Source of the DNA: Fibrobacterales bacterium
GTDB lineage: Bacteria > Fibrobacterota > Fibrobacteria > Fibrobacterales > JAOPTW01
Direction: 5' to 3'
Assembly (NCBI GenBank): GCA_051532035.1
Contig: JAOPTW010000006.1
Coordinates: 183,960 to 247,959, forward strand
DNA length: 64,000 nucleotides
Below, piece after piece: positions 40,621 through 50,456 of the stretch. The notes below the pieces were generated by a model. It was not told the origin of the DNA. It saw only the letters and a list, made by a program, of their open reading frames with translations, and ran no database searches. The first letter of the stretch is position 1. Each line of letters opens with the position of its first letter. The position numbers and the translations under genes are program-made.

Positions 40621-42480
40621 TTAGAATTCTGTTAAAAACTTCTTAATTTTCTCTTCGATATTCGAAATTTTTTCATCAAATCGTGTCACGTTTTCTTCAA
40701 ACTGTGCATAGATTGAATCAAAACGTTCTTCTTCTCTTTTGATTATGGTCGAGATCGAAGCAAGGTTTTCATCTTTATAGGCGGTTGCATTATCTGCCAT
40801 CTCCTTACAGTACTCAAGGCCCGCTTTTAAGTTATTCTTAAAGGCAACCAAAGTACGAACCTCTTCTGAAGTATGCGCACAGTCCCGTACCCGCTGTCCA
40901 AAGTAATCAACATACATGGTCACTTCTTTCGCAAACATATGAGGACGTTCTGGTGATACTAAAGAATCAATTTTGCCATAAATATGCCCTATCATCTCTT
41001 CTAATGAGTAATCGCGCGTAAACCATGCAGCATTTGGCCCAGGGCAAATTGATTGTGGTGCCTTAGCTTCATTCGCTTCACCAAGTAATATAAGCGCACC
41101 ATTACCTAGGTTATGACAAATACACTGTTTTGCATGAATGTTTGCTACCGCAGTATCTTTTTCTTCAGAAGATAAAGTACCCGTTTCAATCTGTTCGAGT
41201 TTCTCTTTCTGATATTTTCTCGAAGCCGTACAAATAGGTTTATCGCTAAACTCGCTATTAAACCTTATGAAGCCTTTAGGGCATCCAGAACCCGGTGTTC
41301 CTTTATCTATATTACCCTGTGTCCAAAGACCAGATCCTGAACCTACCACATTGTTAAATGGTACTCCAAGGGGAGACGCATCACTGAGATAAAAGTCTTT
41401 TTCAGTTCCATTCTTTAAGAGCGTTCTCGTAGTATCATCAATAGGTGTCGCTTCTGGTACGAATAAAAATGGGCTCGCCCAACCAACCTTATCCATATTA
41501 TACTCGTTGAGGATACGTTGATTTTCACCAGCCGTGCCAATACCGCCCTGTACTGTTATCAGTGGTGCATTCTCTTCGCCAACAAACGGCCAATCCATTT
41601 TTTTATAAAACTTTTTAACCATGGGCATTACTTTTGAAGCAAGCTGATCACGGTTATCTTTAAACTCCTGCATAATAACAGGAAGAAGATACCCATTAGA
41701 GGCAAAGGCATGTCCACCACAGTTTAAGCCCGATTCTATTCGGTACTCTGATACCTCAATACCTTTACGCGCTATAAACTTTCCTTGAATCAGTGATGAG
41801 CGATAATCACTCACCTTGATAACAACACGTTTTTTAATATGACCGGTCGTATCTCGGAAAAAATCTTTGAACGTACTCATGTAACTAAAGAGACGTTGAT
41901 TCATACCAGCAGAAAAGATTATAGCAGAGTCAAGCTTTGATTCAGCATACCCTCTGAGGGCAGCATTTGCATCACTATACTCATCGGGGAGCATTTCACC
42001 ATTAGAGTCGTAGTTACTTTTATCAAGTTTTACCATGATATTCACATCGATAGACCCAGCAACCATACGTTCAGTAAGTTCATTCTCTAATACTGAGCGC
42101 TCATCACCAGCAAGCATTGCCTGCATTTTAATATAATCAATTTTAAGAGGCGCTGTTTCAGGCAGAAGATCAAAATATTTTTTCTTCTCATTGTCTTGGC
42201 CAAAAGGAAGATCTTTTATTCCATTAAATTTAATGGCTACTATATCATCAACGACATTAAGGTAGGCAGTTATTCTTTTTGCCCGACCATCAACTGTTGC
42301 ATTTCCAATCTTTTCGTAGGTCAATCCAAATGCTTCGCAGTAATGTTTTCTCACCTGCTCACAAAGCTTATCATCAACCAATGAAATAACTGATGAAATC
42401 CCAAAAGGGGCTACACGGATTGCAGTGTCAAGAGAGTGTCCTGTTCCCATAACGGGGATATGAAATGAGTGCTGATACAT
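40621..42480 (-). CDS. Uncharacterised 619-aa protein, possible flavin/Fe-S oxidoreductase
   Basis: Long ORF with AAGGA RBS; IPVMG, ESGLNCGGHAF, VQGGIGT and Cys motifs CPKG, ICTAS, CICH, CPGPN. Confidence 0.65.
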   Translation of the reverse strand: MYQHSFHIPVMGTGHSLDTAIRVAPFGISSVISLVDDKLCEQVRKHYCEAFGLTYEKIGNATVDGRAKRITAYLNVVDDIVAIKFNGIKDLPFGQDNEKKKYFDLLPETAPLKIDYIKMQAMLAGDERSVLENELTERMVAGSIDVNIMVKLDKSNYDSNGEMLPDEYSDANAALRGYAESKLDSAIIFSAGMNQRLFSYMSTFKDFFRDTTGHIKKRVVIKVSDYRSSLIQGKFIARKGIEVSEYRIESGLNCGGHAFASNGYLLPVIMQEFKDNRDQLASKVMPMVKKFYKKMDWPFVGEENAPLITVQGGIGTAGENQRILNEYNMDKVGWASPFLFVPEATPIDDTTRTLLKNGTEKDFYLSDASPLGVPFNNVVGSGSGLWTQGNIDKGTPGSGCPKGFIRFNSEFSDKPICTASRKYQKEKLEQIETGTLSSEEKDTAVANIHAKQCICHNLGNGALILLGEANEAKAPQSICPGPNAAWFTRDYSLEEMIGHIYGKIDSLVSPERPHMFAKEVTMYVDYFGQRVRDCAHTSEEVRTLVAFKNNLKAGLEYCKEMADNATAYKDENLASISTIIKREEERFDSIYAQFEENVTRFDEKISNIEEKIKKFLTEF

Positions 42481-42758
42481 AGTGTTCCTTTCTTCTTATC
42501 TGTGCTCAAAGATACCACATTATATCCCTACAATCTTGATTATTGACCCAAAATGACCCCATTTGACAATAACAGAAATTACCTGACAATTCATGACAAA
42601 TGTATGGTTCGAATAGCTACAAGTCATTTGCTCATCTCGCGATTCCCTTTTCGAATTTTTAGGATATATGCTCAATAATAGAGATTTGAATGGCCTTTTT
42701 CTAAAAAACGTATTATCATAAGAAACATAAACAGTTAAAAGTAAATGAAGGTATTTCT

Positions 42759-43613
42759 ATGAAAAACCAAATCATAGAAGATAGAATTGGTGGCATTGAA
42801 GAGCTTCCGACACTTCCTCTGGTAATTCGACAGGTCCAAAAGGTGATGCGTGATCCCAATAGTAATATGGCAAATATTGCATCCATTATCACTAAAGATC
42901 AATCGCTCTCAACCAAGGTACTTCGACTCGTCAATTCTGCACATTATGGCCTCAGGAGCCGTGTTACTTCAGTGTCTCAAGCGATCGTAATTCTTGGACT
43001 CAATACTGTAAATAATATTATGCTCGGCCTCAGTGTCATCAATATGTTTGATGAAAAATCTGACTCCCTCTTTAATTATGATAAATTTTGGGAACACTCT
43101 TTTGGTTGTGCCCTGATGGCAAAACACCTCAGCGCAACCATGAACTACCCTGACCCAGAAATATGCTTTATCACTGGACTCCTCCATGATATTGGGAAAT
43201 TGATACAAGAACAGTTCATGCACAAAGATTTTGTTAAGTGTTTAACCTTAACCCATACAACCAAAAAACCATTGATAGAAAATGAAGAGAATGTGTTTGG
43301 CTTTAACCACTCAGACCTTGGTGCATATATTACAAATAAATGGGAGATTCCAGAGAATATCTGTATCGCCATTCAATATCATCACAATCCGCAAGACCTT
43401 CCTCCGAACCTAGAAGAACATCGTGACATTGTCAACATCCTTGCAGCGGCAAACCAACTTTGCCAACTCGAAGGGCTCGGTGACCAATCTGAAGAGTATA
43501 AACCAGTGTTTGGTGAAGTCCTCCCCATAGAAATCCCCCAAGAGAAGCTTGATGAGATTATTGAAAAAACTAAAGAAGAGATTAAAATAACTCTTAAAGA
43601 GTGGCATGCCTAA
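42759..43613 (+). CDS. HDOD domain protein
   Basis: LPTLP, DQ.L..KVLRLVNSA, AIVILG, WEHS, GLLHDIGKL, H..LGA....W.IP, I.YHH.P. Confidence 0.92.
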   Translation: MKNQIIEDRIGGIEELPTLPLVIRQVQKVMRDPNSNMANIASIITKDQSLSTKVLRLVNSAHYGLRSRVTSVSQAIVILGLNTVNNIMLGLSVINMFDEKSDSLFNYDKFWEHSFGCALMAKHLSATMNYPDPEICFITGLLHDIGKLIQEQFMHKDFVKCLTLTHTTKKPLIENEENVFGFNHSDLGAYITNKWEIPENICIAIQYHHNPQDLPPNLEEHRDIVNILAAANQLCQLEGLGDQSEEYKPVFGEVLPIEIPQEKLDEIIEKTKEEIKITLKEWHA

Positions 43614-43650
43614 GGATACCTCTTAAACCATTTTCCTAACCTTCACTACT

Positions 43651-44331
43651 CTACAACAACTTTCGTTCATCTAACAACGCAACCACCATTGCAACTATCT
43701 CATCAGGGCTCAACGTTTTACAGTTGAATACCAAATCAAAAATTGATCGATCAGATTTTTTCCCTTCAAAAAAATCGCGAAGATGCATGCGCTGTTCGTC
43801 AATTTCTTTCACCTTCTTTTTTGCATCGTCTTCTGAGATAGAGAAGGTTTCTCGGGTGATATCTACACGCCACCTATAGGGTGCCTGTAATCGAATATGG
43901 ATTGCACTCGGATGATCTTGAAGAAGTGTCACACCACCTCGCCCTACAACAATGACATGACCCTCATCGGCAATACCATGTAACACTTCAGCAATGGTAT
44001 TTCTGATTTTCATATCACTCACTGGAAGTGGACTAAAGGAGGTTAGTATATCACTTAACCCACCACTCTTCGCTTTAGCAACTGATTCAACAAAAACAGG
44101 ATCCAATTCAAGTTTCTTTGCGGTGTCTTCTATTATTTGTTTATCAACCCAACGCCATTGAACACCATATTTCCCGTCTGGATTCTTCACTTCAAGTGCT
44201 GCAGTTAATTTCTCTGCAACAAGCTTAGAGGGACATCCACACTCGCGTGAAATGGTAATCACCGGTTTGACATTCATATGATCTTCGAACTTCTGTCTTC
44301 TGAGCAGATAGTCTATGAATTCTTTTTTCAT
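43651..44331 (-). CDS. Cytidylate-kinase-like family protein
   Basis: VITISRECG, VIVVGRGG, HIRL.AP..WR, D..R, FDLV.N. Confidence 0.82.
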   Translation of the reverse strand: MKKEFIDYLLRRQKFEDHMNVKPVITISRECGCPSKLVAEKLTAALEVKNPDGKYGVQWRWVDKQIIEDTAKKLELDPVFVESVAKAKSGGLSDILTSFSPLPVSDMKIRNTIAEVLHGIADEGHVIVVGRGGVTLLQDHPSAIHIRLQAPYRWRVDITRETFSISEDDAKKKVKEIDEQRMHLRDFFEGKKSDRSIFDLVFNCKTLSPDEIVAMVVALLDERKLL

Positions 44332-44461
44332 GATAGAGCTCCTATTAAAAGCCTTACCACTATTATATCACAGTATTACAATTAAAAGAGGCCCTTTAGA
44401 GAACCTCGAATATTTTGAGTAACTTGAGCGTTTAGAAGGTAAAATAGAAGCACATCACCTA

Positions 44462-45214
44462 TTAGTGAATCACTCCTACCCCTTCACTTTGAATATACCC
44501 CATTTTTCCTGCGCCCAAATTAATAGAAAGCCAACTTTTATTAGCCTCTATTATTTCAAATGTGGCACCCTCATGTATTTCAAATAATATTTCGGAACTC
44601 TTACGGGGTTCACTTAAAACAGAAGTACCATCAGTTAACAGCACACCATGAGATAAAGAATTTATCTGATACATTCTAAATGATATAGATATACCCACAA
44701 CAACTAATAGGAATACTATTCCAATAATGACAGGGTACAATGTAAAACGAGCAGGGCCTCGTATCAGAAGCACTGCAGCAATAGTCACAAAAAGAAGAAA
44801 GAGGAGTGCAATTACTACAAAGTGCGAGGTATTCATGGTCATATACCGATACCACTTAGTGAGAATACCCGCCCCTGTTAAAACCTCTTCTTGTTTGTCT
44901 TGAATTAGTGCGCGTGCAAACTCAAGATTCGCTTCGACATCTGGTTCCCCAGGATTCAGCAACAACGATTTCTCATAATAGAGAATTGCCTTTCCAAGCT
45001 TTGCTTGACGGTACCACGCATTTCCTAAATTATAGTAAAGCACCCAACTGTCGACACCTTCGTTGGTACAGCTTTCAAAAAACTGCACTGCTTGAGCATA
45101 CTTATCTGACTCATATGCTTCAATGCCTTTAGAATAATAATCAGAGCACTTCTCGAGTGCATTATTTGCAAAGAGGCTACTCACCAATATCACCATCACT
45201 ACCAAATATCTCAT
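44462..45214 (-). CDS. batE: BatE-like TPR + TM + SH3 protein
   Basis: Signal, YYNLGNAWYR..LG.AILYYEK, two TMs, SH3-like EIHEG...W..I...G..GYI. Confidence 0.8.
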   Translation of the reverse strand: MRYLVVMVILVSSLFANNALEKCSDYYSKGIEAYESDKYAQAVQFFESCTNEGVDSWVLYYNLGNAWYRQAKLGKAILYYEKSLLLNPGEPDVEANLEFARALIQDKQEEVLTGAGILTKWYRYMTMNTSHFVVIALLFLLFVTIAAVLLIRGPARFTLYPVIIGIVFLLVVVGISISFRMYQINSLSHGVLLTDGTSVLSEPRKSSEILFEIHEGATFEIIEANKSWLSINLGAGKMGYIQSEGVGVIH

Positions 45215-46986
45215 ACTTTTTTCTCCAGTGATTTTAATAGCGTTTCAGCAGTATCAAAATCGGATTGCATATCAGTAGTTGATATCTGTAACGCTGCAAA
45301 TTGCGCTTTATCACACTGAGACATAAGGCTACGATATTGGCCAATCTGTTCATCAGACACTTTTTTCTCTGTTAGAGCCACAATAGCACTCTCAATAGTC
45401 AACCCGATAAACTCTACAGAGAGTTTATCGCTTAGATATTTTGTCACCGCATTATTGAGCTCTGTATAAAAGAGGGGTATATCATTACTATTCAGAGCAC
45501 TCTGCGCCTCTTTTAATCGTTTGAGTGCTTGAGATCGTGCTTTGCCACGACGCCTTTTATCACTACTGAGCCCCGCTGAACCCCGCATTTTTTTAAAAAT
45601 CAATACCAAAAAGAGTGGCAGTGTTGTTGTACAAAGTAAAATCCAATACCACACCTGAGCATGAATAGAAGCACCATCATTTTGCAACAACTCGATCTCT
45701 TTCTTTATAAAGCGAATATCCGACCCAAGAGAGCGAATCCTATCTTGAGATTGAACCAGTAATTGTTGTCCAGCAACAGACCCTGCGACCACTGTACCTT
45801 TTTTAACTGTAATTGTTATGGGGCCCGATGATCGACTTTTATAGGTGCCGGCCTTAGGATCAAAATAATTAAAGACGATAGGTTCAAGTTCAAAGGTTCC
45901 CGGAAGTTTAGGATACAAAAAGTACTTCGCTGTCTTAGTGGTACGAATCAACCCTCCCACGACCCTCTTAGAGGTATTAACCTCTGGAGGAACGGTCCTA
46001 AACTGAGAAAAGTCAGGTAACTTTGGGTTGGGAATAGCGCCAGGTCTCCCATTGCCACTCATTTTCATTGTCAGAGTAATTGCATCACCCATCTCAATCT
46101 CTTTTTTATCAAAAGCTGAAGAAAAAGTATATTGCCCTACCAATCCACTAAAGCTATCTGGTTTACCTGCCGTAGGAAGAGGCTTTACATCAATCTCTAT
46201 TTGAGGAGTCTTTGCAATTGCATCAATTGATTTTGACTGAGTTGAACTAAAAAAGAATGATGAGTTCCCTCGTTTCTCTTTTTTCTCTTCTCGTTTTACT
46301 TGTCCCTCTTTCGTGTAACTCATCTCTATGGTTGGTAACGATATCTTACCCGATTTTGTCGGTGACAAATAAGCATACTTCAAAACAGCTTCATCAACAT
46401 ATGGAGCCTTTGCACGTTTTTTCTCAAGCTTCAACTCTTTGTTTTTATGCGCCCAAAAATCAGTCCCAAAATCCTCTTTACTAAAGGCGAGGTTCCCTTG
46501 ATAGTTATCATAAAAACCCATGTTAATAGTATATCTAAATTGTTCACCAATATAGAGTGATTTTTTAGAAAGGATTGGGTAGATAGAGAGACCTTGTGCA
46601 CGGTATCCTCGTTTAACATTAATACGAAGATTTGCTTCAATATGCATGGGGTTATTGTTGACCGTCCACGTAAAATTCTTAATAGTTTTAATACCCGAAG
46701 ATTTTGCCTTTAAGGTGAATGAATAGACCGTAAACTTACTGACTCTCCCAAAAAAATCACGCTGACTCTTATCTTCCCACTTTCTATTAAGAATGGTAAT
46801 GTCAGATTGTTTAAAATCAATTGAACCTTTTTTTGCATTGGGTACATTTTGAAAAAGAATATTGAGTGTAAATTCGCCGCCAACCCTTGGCTCACGAGGA
46901 TTCACCTCTACTGATATTCCAGCAAAGAGCTCCGTTATACCAAAGAGCACTCCTACAATTATGAGCTGCCTTAACCGTCCTATCAT
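45211..46986 (-). CDS. batD: BatD-like protein
   Basis: Signal, Ig-like repeats, VKPLP...P..FSG.VG.Y, G.GR, YFDP, DIRFIK, C-terminal TM. Confidence 0.82.
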   Translation of the reverse strand: MIGRLRQLIIVGVLFGITELFAGISVEVNPREPRVGGEFTLNILFQNVPNAKKGSIDFKQSDITILNRKWEDKSQRDFFGRVSKFTVYSFTLKAKSSGIKTIKNFTWTVNNNPMHIEANLRINVKRGYRAQGLSIYPILSKKSLYIGEQFRYTINMGFYDNYQGNLAFSKEDFGTDFWAHKNKELKLEKKRAKAPYVDEAVLKYAYLSPTKSGKISLPTIEMSYTKEGQVKREEKKEKRGNSSFFFSSTQSKSIDAIAKTPQIEIDVKPLPTAGKPDSFSGLVGQYTFSSAFDKKEIEMGDAITLTMKMSGNGRPGAIPNPKLPDFSQFRTVPPEVNTSKRVVGGLIRTTKTAKYFLYPKLPGTFELEPIVFNYFDPKAGTYKSRSSGPITITVKKGTVVAGSVAGQQLLVQSQDRIRSLGSDIRFIKKEIELLQNDGASIHAQVWYWILLCTTTLPLFLVLIFKKMRGSAGLSSDKRRRGKARSQALKRLKEAQSALNSNDIPLFYTELNNAVTKYLSDKLSVEFIGLTIESAIVALTEKKVSDEQIGQYRSLMSQCDKAQFAALQISTTDMQSDFDTAETLLKSLEKKV

Positions 46987-46989
46987 CTA

Positions 46990-47568
46990 TTACCAATCCT
47001 TCGCTGGTCTACCCTGACCCTTGCCACGTTTCCACTTTTCGGGGTCTTCTTTCATCTCTTCTTCATTAAAATTTTGAAGAAGCTCTTCTGCCTGCTCTGG
47101 AGTCAATTCTCCCTCTTGTACTTCAGGAGGGGGGGCCTCAGTTGAGTCAGATTCTGAAGGATCTTCCTCTTGAGGTTCAGGCTCTTCACTACCAGCATTA
47201 CTCGATGGGCTACTCTCTTGACTTGAAGATTCTCCCGCTTTATTCTGTTGATCTTGCTGTTCCTCTTGATCCTGCTTATTCTCTTCTTGATCTTCTTGCT
47301 GATCTTGATCTTGATTCTCATCCTGATTTTGCTGCTGCTGATCTTTTTTCTGCTGTTCATCTTGCTGATCTTTGATCTCTTCAATACGCTCTTTGAGCAT
47401 TTGCAGCTTTTCATTATCAGGGTAACGGTTGAGCCCCTCTTCAGCTTCAAGTAGCGCTTGATCAACTTTTGACCCAACATACAAAAAAGATGCCTTCTTA
47501 AAATAATCGTGTGCACTCTGTGCTGTGGCGAGCCCAATAACGGTCAATACAATAGCGAGTAGTTTCAT
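46990..47568 (-). CDS. BatC-like protein (short helical domain, Q/D/E-rich linker, C-terminal KDW)
   Basis: Signal peptide; low-complexity acidic linker; LTPEQAEELL...AKDW terminus. Confidence 0.65.
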   Translation of the reverse strand: MKLLAIVLTVIGLATAQSAHDYFKKASFLYVGSKVDQALLEAEEGLNRYPDNEKLQMLKERIEEIKDQQDEQQKKDQQQQNQDENQDQDQQEDQEENKQDQEEQQDQQNKAGESSSQESSPSSNAGSEEPEPQEEDPSESDSTEAPPPEVQEGELTPEQAEELLQNFNEEEMKEDPEKWKRGKGQGRPAKDW

Positions 47569-47569
47569 A

Positions 47570-48310
47570 TTAAATCACCCCTATTTCGGTATCACCTGGA
47601 TTATTCTCAAGTGGAGTTTCTGGTTTACGTCCTTCATTAATATCGATAACATCCTGCAAACGTTGTACATAGGTCTTATATGAGCCAGCAGTTTCATCTT
47701 TATTCATTATATCCTCAAGAACTCCTTTCGCGTCGTGGTAGAGCTCCTGAGAAGCGAGTTGCAATGCTTTTGCAAGGGCGGCTTTTGCCTCTTTACTTGG
47801 CGGCGGTGGCGGTGGTTGATTAGGATCCTGCTGTTGATCTTGTTGATCCTTATGTTTATCCAGCTCTTCTTTAAGCTTAATTTGTATAAATTCGATATTT
47901 CGTTTTGCTTTCTCATAAGAGTCATCCTCTTCGAGAGATTTCTTAAGAGATGCAATAGCTTCTTTATACTTATCAATTTTCGCTTTTGGTTCTTGTTGCT
48001 GATTTCCTTCGCGATAGGCAGTATTACCCATATTGTAATAGGCATTACGTGCAATAACGCTATCTTCACCGAGAGCTGCTTTCCTTAAACTTTCATTTGC
48101 CTTATCATATTTTTTCAATCGGTAGAAACTCGTACCAATATTATAATCAAGAATTTGGGACTCAGGCATATCAACCTGTGCTTGTAGATACAGCTGGATT
48201 GCCTCTTGGTACTCTCCCTCATCATACGCTTTATTTGCATTATCAACAATTGAGCTCAATACAGGAATCACACAAAGTAGAAGTACAGAAATTAATATTT
48301 TAATATTCAT
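47570..48310 (-). CDS. TPR protein, BatC N-terminal-like
   Basis: Signal; YNIG..FYR, AYYNMGN..YR, AI..LK.SL, AKRN.E; Q-rich and poly-Pro linker. Confidence 0.75.
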   Translation of the reverse strand: MNIKILISVLLLCVIPVLSSIVDNANKAYDEGEYQEAIQLYLQAQVDMPESQILDYNIGTSFYRLKKYDKANESLRKAALGEDSVIARNAYYNMGNTAYREGNQQQEPKAKIDKYKEAIASLKKSLEEDDSYEKAKRNIEFIQIKLKEELDKHKDQQDQQQDPNQPPPPPPSKEAKAALAKALQLASQELYHDAKGVLEDIMNKDETAGSYKTYVQRLQDVIDINEGRKPETPLENNPGDTEIGVI

Positions 48311-49365
48311 TATACAAACCTCCCTTCCCATTTTTTCTTTTTCTTATGACGGTATGGAGTCGTTTTCTCAAGAAGTGTAATACCCAAAGCGAGTAGCTCA
48401 GGAAATAAAAGCAACATTAGTGCAAGTGCAAGTGGAATCTGAAAGCGATCTACATATTGCTCAACATTTTCTCCTTCAACTTCTCGTTTTTCTCGTTGTT
48501 CAATCTCTTCAAGTATTTTAACCAGTTCAAATTCACCCGGTCCCGCATGGTAATATTTACCATCGGTAAGGAGGGCAATTTTTTGCAAGGTTTGCTGATC
48601 CAACTTGGTGGTTACAATATTTCCTCGACGATCTTTTTTATATTGAGGGCTCCCATCTCTACGCCCAACTGGTATTGGTACTCCAGCTGTTGAGCCAATA
48701 CCAACGGTATAAATCACTATACCTTCTTCAGCGGCTTTTTTTGCCACTTCGAGTACTTTTGGGTCGTGCTCTTCACCATCAGTAAGTAATACAATAACTT
48801 GATATTTTCGTTGTTTCGTATCAAAGGTTTCAATGGCCTTTTCCATTGCAGCCCCAATATTTGTACCAGGCATCAACATATTGGGATTAAGTTCATCCAA
48901 AAACATTCTCACAGCTGAGTAATCGAGAGTTAACGGACACTGCAACTGTGGTTCACCCGAAAAGGCAATAAGGCCGATACGATCCCCTGAAGAGCGCTCT
49001 AAAAAGCTACTGATTTCATGTTTTGATCGAGTAAGTCTATTGGGCTTAATATCTTCTGCAAGCATAGAAAGAGAAATATCTTGAACCAAAAGAACATCCA
49101 GCCCTTCCTGTTTCATTATTTCCATCTTAGTGCCCCACTGAGGTCGAATCATGGCTAGGACTAAAAATATAAAGGCGATAGCAACGAGAGTTGCTCGTAA
49201 CATAAAGTTTCCATAGGCTGATGTATTGGTAAGCTTTTCGACCATTCCCGCAGAAGCAAATCTACTGAGTAACTGTTTTTTTCTTAAAAGGCCATATGAA
49301 AATAGTATCACTAATAGTGGTACGACAAAGAGGGCCCAAAAATATTCCGGAGATGCAATTTTCAT
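48310..49365 (-). CDS. batB: vWA membrane protein, BatB-like
   Basis: RPQWG, MIDAS DISLSM, PNRL, DRIGLIAF, LTDGE, YTVGIG. Confidence 0.85.
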   Translation of the reverse strand: MKIASPEYFWALFVVPLLVILFSYGLLRKKQLLSRFASAGMVEKLTNTSAYGNFMLRATLVAIAFIFLVLAMIRPQWGTKMEIMKQEGLDVLLVQDISLSMLAEDIKPNRLTRSKHEISSFLERSSGDRIGLIAFSGEPQLQCPLTLDYSAVRMFLDELNPNMLMPGTNIGAAMEKAIETFDTKQRKYQVIVLLTDGEEHDPKVLEVAKKAAEEGIVIYTVGIGSTAGVPIPVGRRDGSPQYKKDRRGNIVTTKLDQQTLQKIALLTDGKYYHAGPGEFELVKILEEIEQREKREVEGENVEQYVDRFQIPLALALMLLLFPELLALGITLLEKTTPYRHKKKKKWEGRFV

Positions 49366-50456
49366 GGTATTTTTATAAACCTCGTGTTAGCAAGAACGAT
49401 CTCTAATAGCAGCAGCAACGCTCCTGCAATCAAAAACCAGTAAAACTCTTCTTGATATTTTGTATAACTATGGGATTCAATCTCTGTTCTTTCAAGAGCA
49501 TCAATCTCATCATAAATAGTGGCAAGTTCAGACTTATTATTTGCATAGAAAAACTTGGCATCAGTCTTTTCAGCAATTGCTTTTAATAATCCTACATCTG
49601 CACCCTGATTTTTATCAATGGCAGCTTCACCCCAAGACATTTCACCGGTCCATTGATTTTGACGAGCCACGAGCATTGATCCCGATTTTTTACCCACCCC
49701 AACAGTATAGATCTTAATCCCCATTGCTTGCGCTACATTCGAAGCCTGAAGCGGAGTTATAGAGCCTGCATTATTTGCTCCGTCAGTGAGTAGTATGATT
49801 ACTTTACTTTTCGCCTTAGAGTCTTTCAATCGACTGGTACCAGACATTATAGCATTACCAATTGCAGTACCATCTACCGAGACAGATTTATTATTCACCG
49901 TGCTCAAAAATTGTTTGAGTATACCATAATCCATGGTTAACGGACATTGAGTATAACTACGACCAGCATAAATCACCAATCCAAGTCTATCAGTTTTGCG
50001 TTTATCAACAAATTCACCAATAACATTCTTTGCAGCCCCAAGCCGCGTATAGCGTTCGTGTTGACTAGAATTATAAAACTTCTCTGCATCCATTCGTCCA
50101 ATTTTAGCCATTTCTTTGGTGGTGAGCATATCAAGTGCTCCCATCGATCCAGAAACATCAAGAGCCAATACGATATCAATACCTTCTGCATTAATATACT
50201 CAAGAGCCTCTCCACTTTGAGGACGAGCAAGAGCTACTATAAGTGCCATAACAGCTAAGCACTTTATGACAATGAGCATATGACGCAATTTAAGAGCCAA
50301 ACTACTTTTCATACTTTTAAGCTTTTTTATTCCTGAGTATCGAATGGTGTATTTCTGACTATTTTGTGTCCGCACATAATTCCAAACCATTATCGGAATA
50401 ATTATCAATAACCACAAATACTCTGGATTGTGAAGATTATAAAAAACTTCTTTCAT
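49362..50456 (-). CDS. batA: vWA membrane protein, BatA-like
   Basis: ALARPQ, DVSGSM, DRLGLV, GTAIG, SKVIILLTDG.NN.G, IY.EID.LE. Confidence 0.88.
   Translation of the reverse strand: MKEVFYNLHNPEYLWLLIIIPIMVWNYVRTQNSQKYTIRYSGIKKLKSMKSSLALKLRHMLIVIKCLAVMALIVALARPQSGEALEYINAEGIDIVLALDVSGSMGALDMLTTKEMAKIGRMDAEKFYNSSQHERYTRLGAAKNVIGEFVDKRKTDRLGLVIYAGRSYTQCPLTMDYGILKQFLSTVNNKSVSVDGTAIGNAIMSGTSRLKDSKAKSKVIILLTDGANNAGSITPLQASNVAQAMGIKIYTVGVGKKSGSMLVARQNQWTGEMSWGEAAIDKNQGADVGLLKAIAEKTDAKFFYANNKSELATIYDEIDALERTEIESHSYTKYQEEFYWFLIAGALLLLLEIVLANTRFIKIP

Noticed and set aside
47103..48088. Lys/Ile-rich and Leu-rich alternative-frame ORFs
   Set aside because: By-products of the low-complexity CAA/GAT codon runs in the BatC-like genes.
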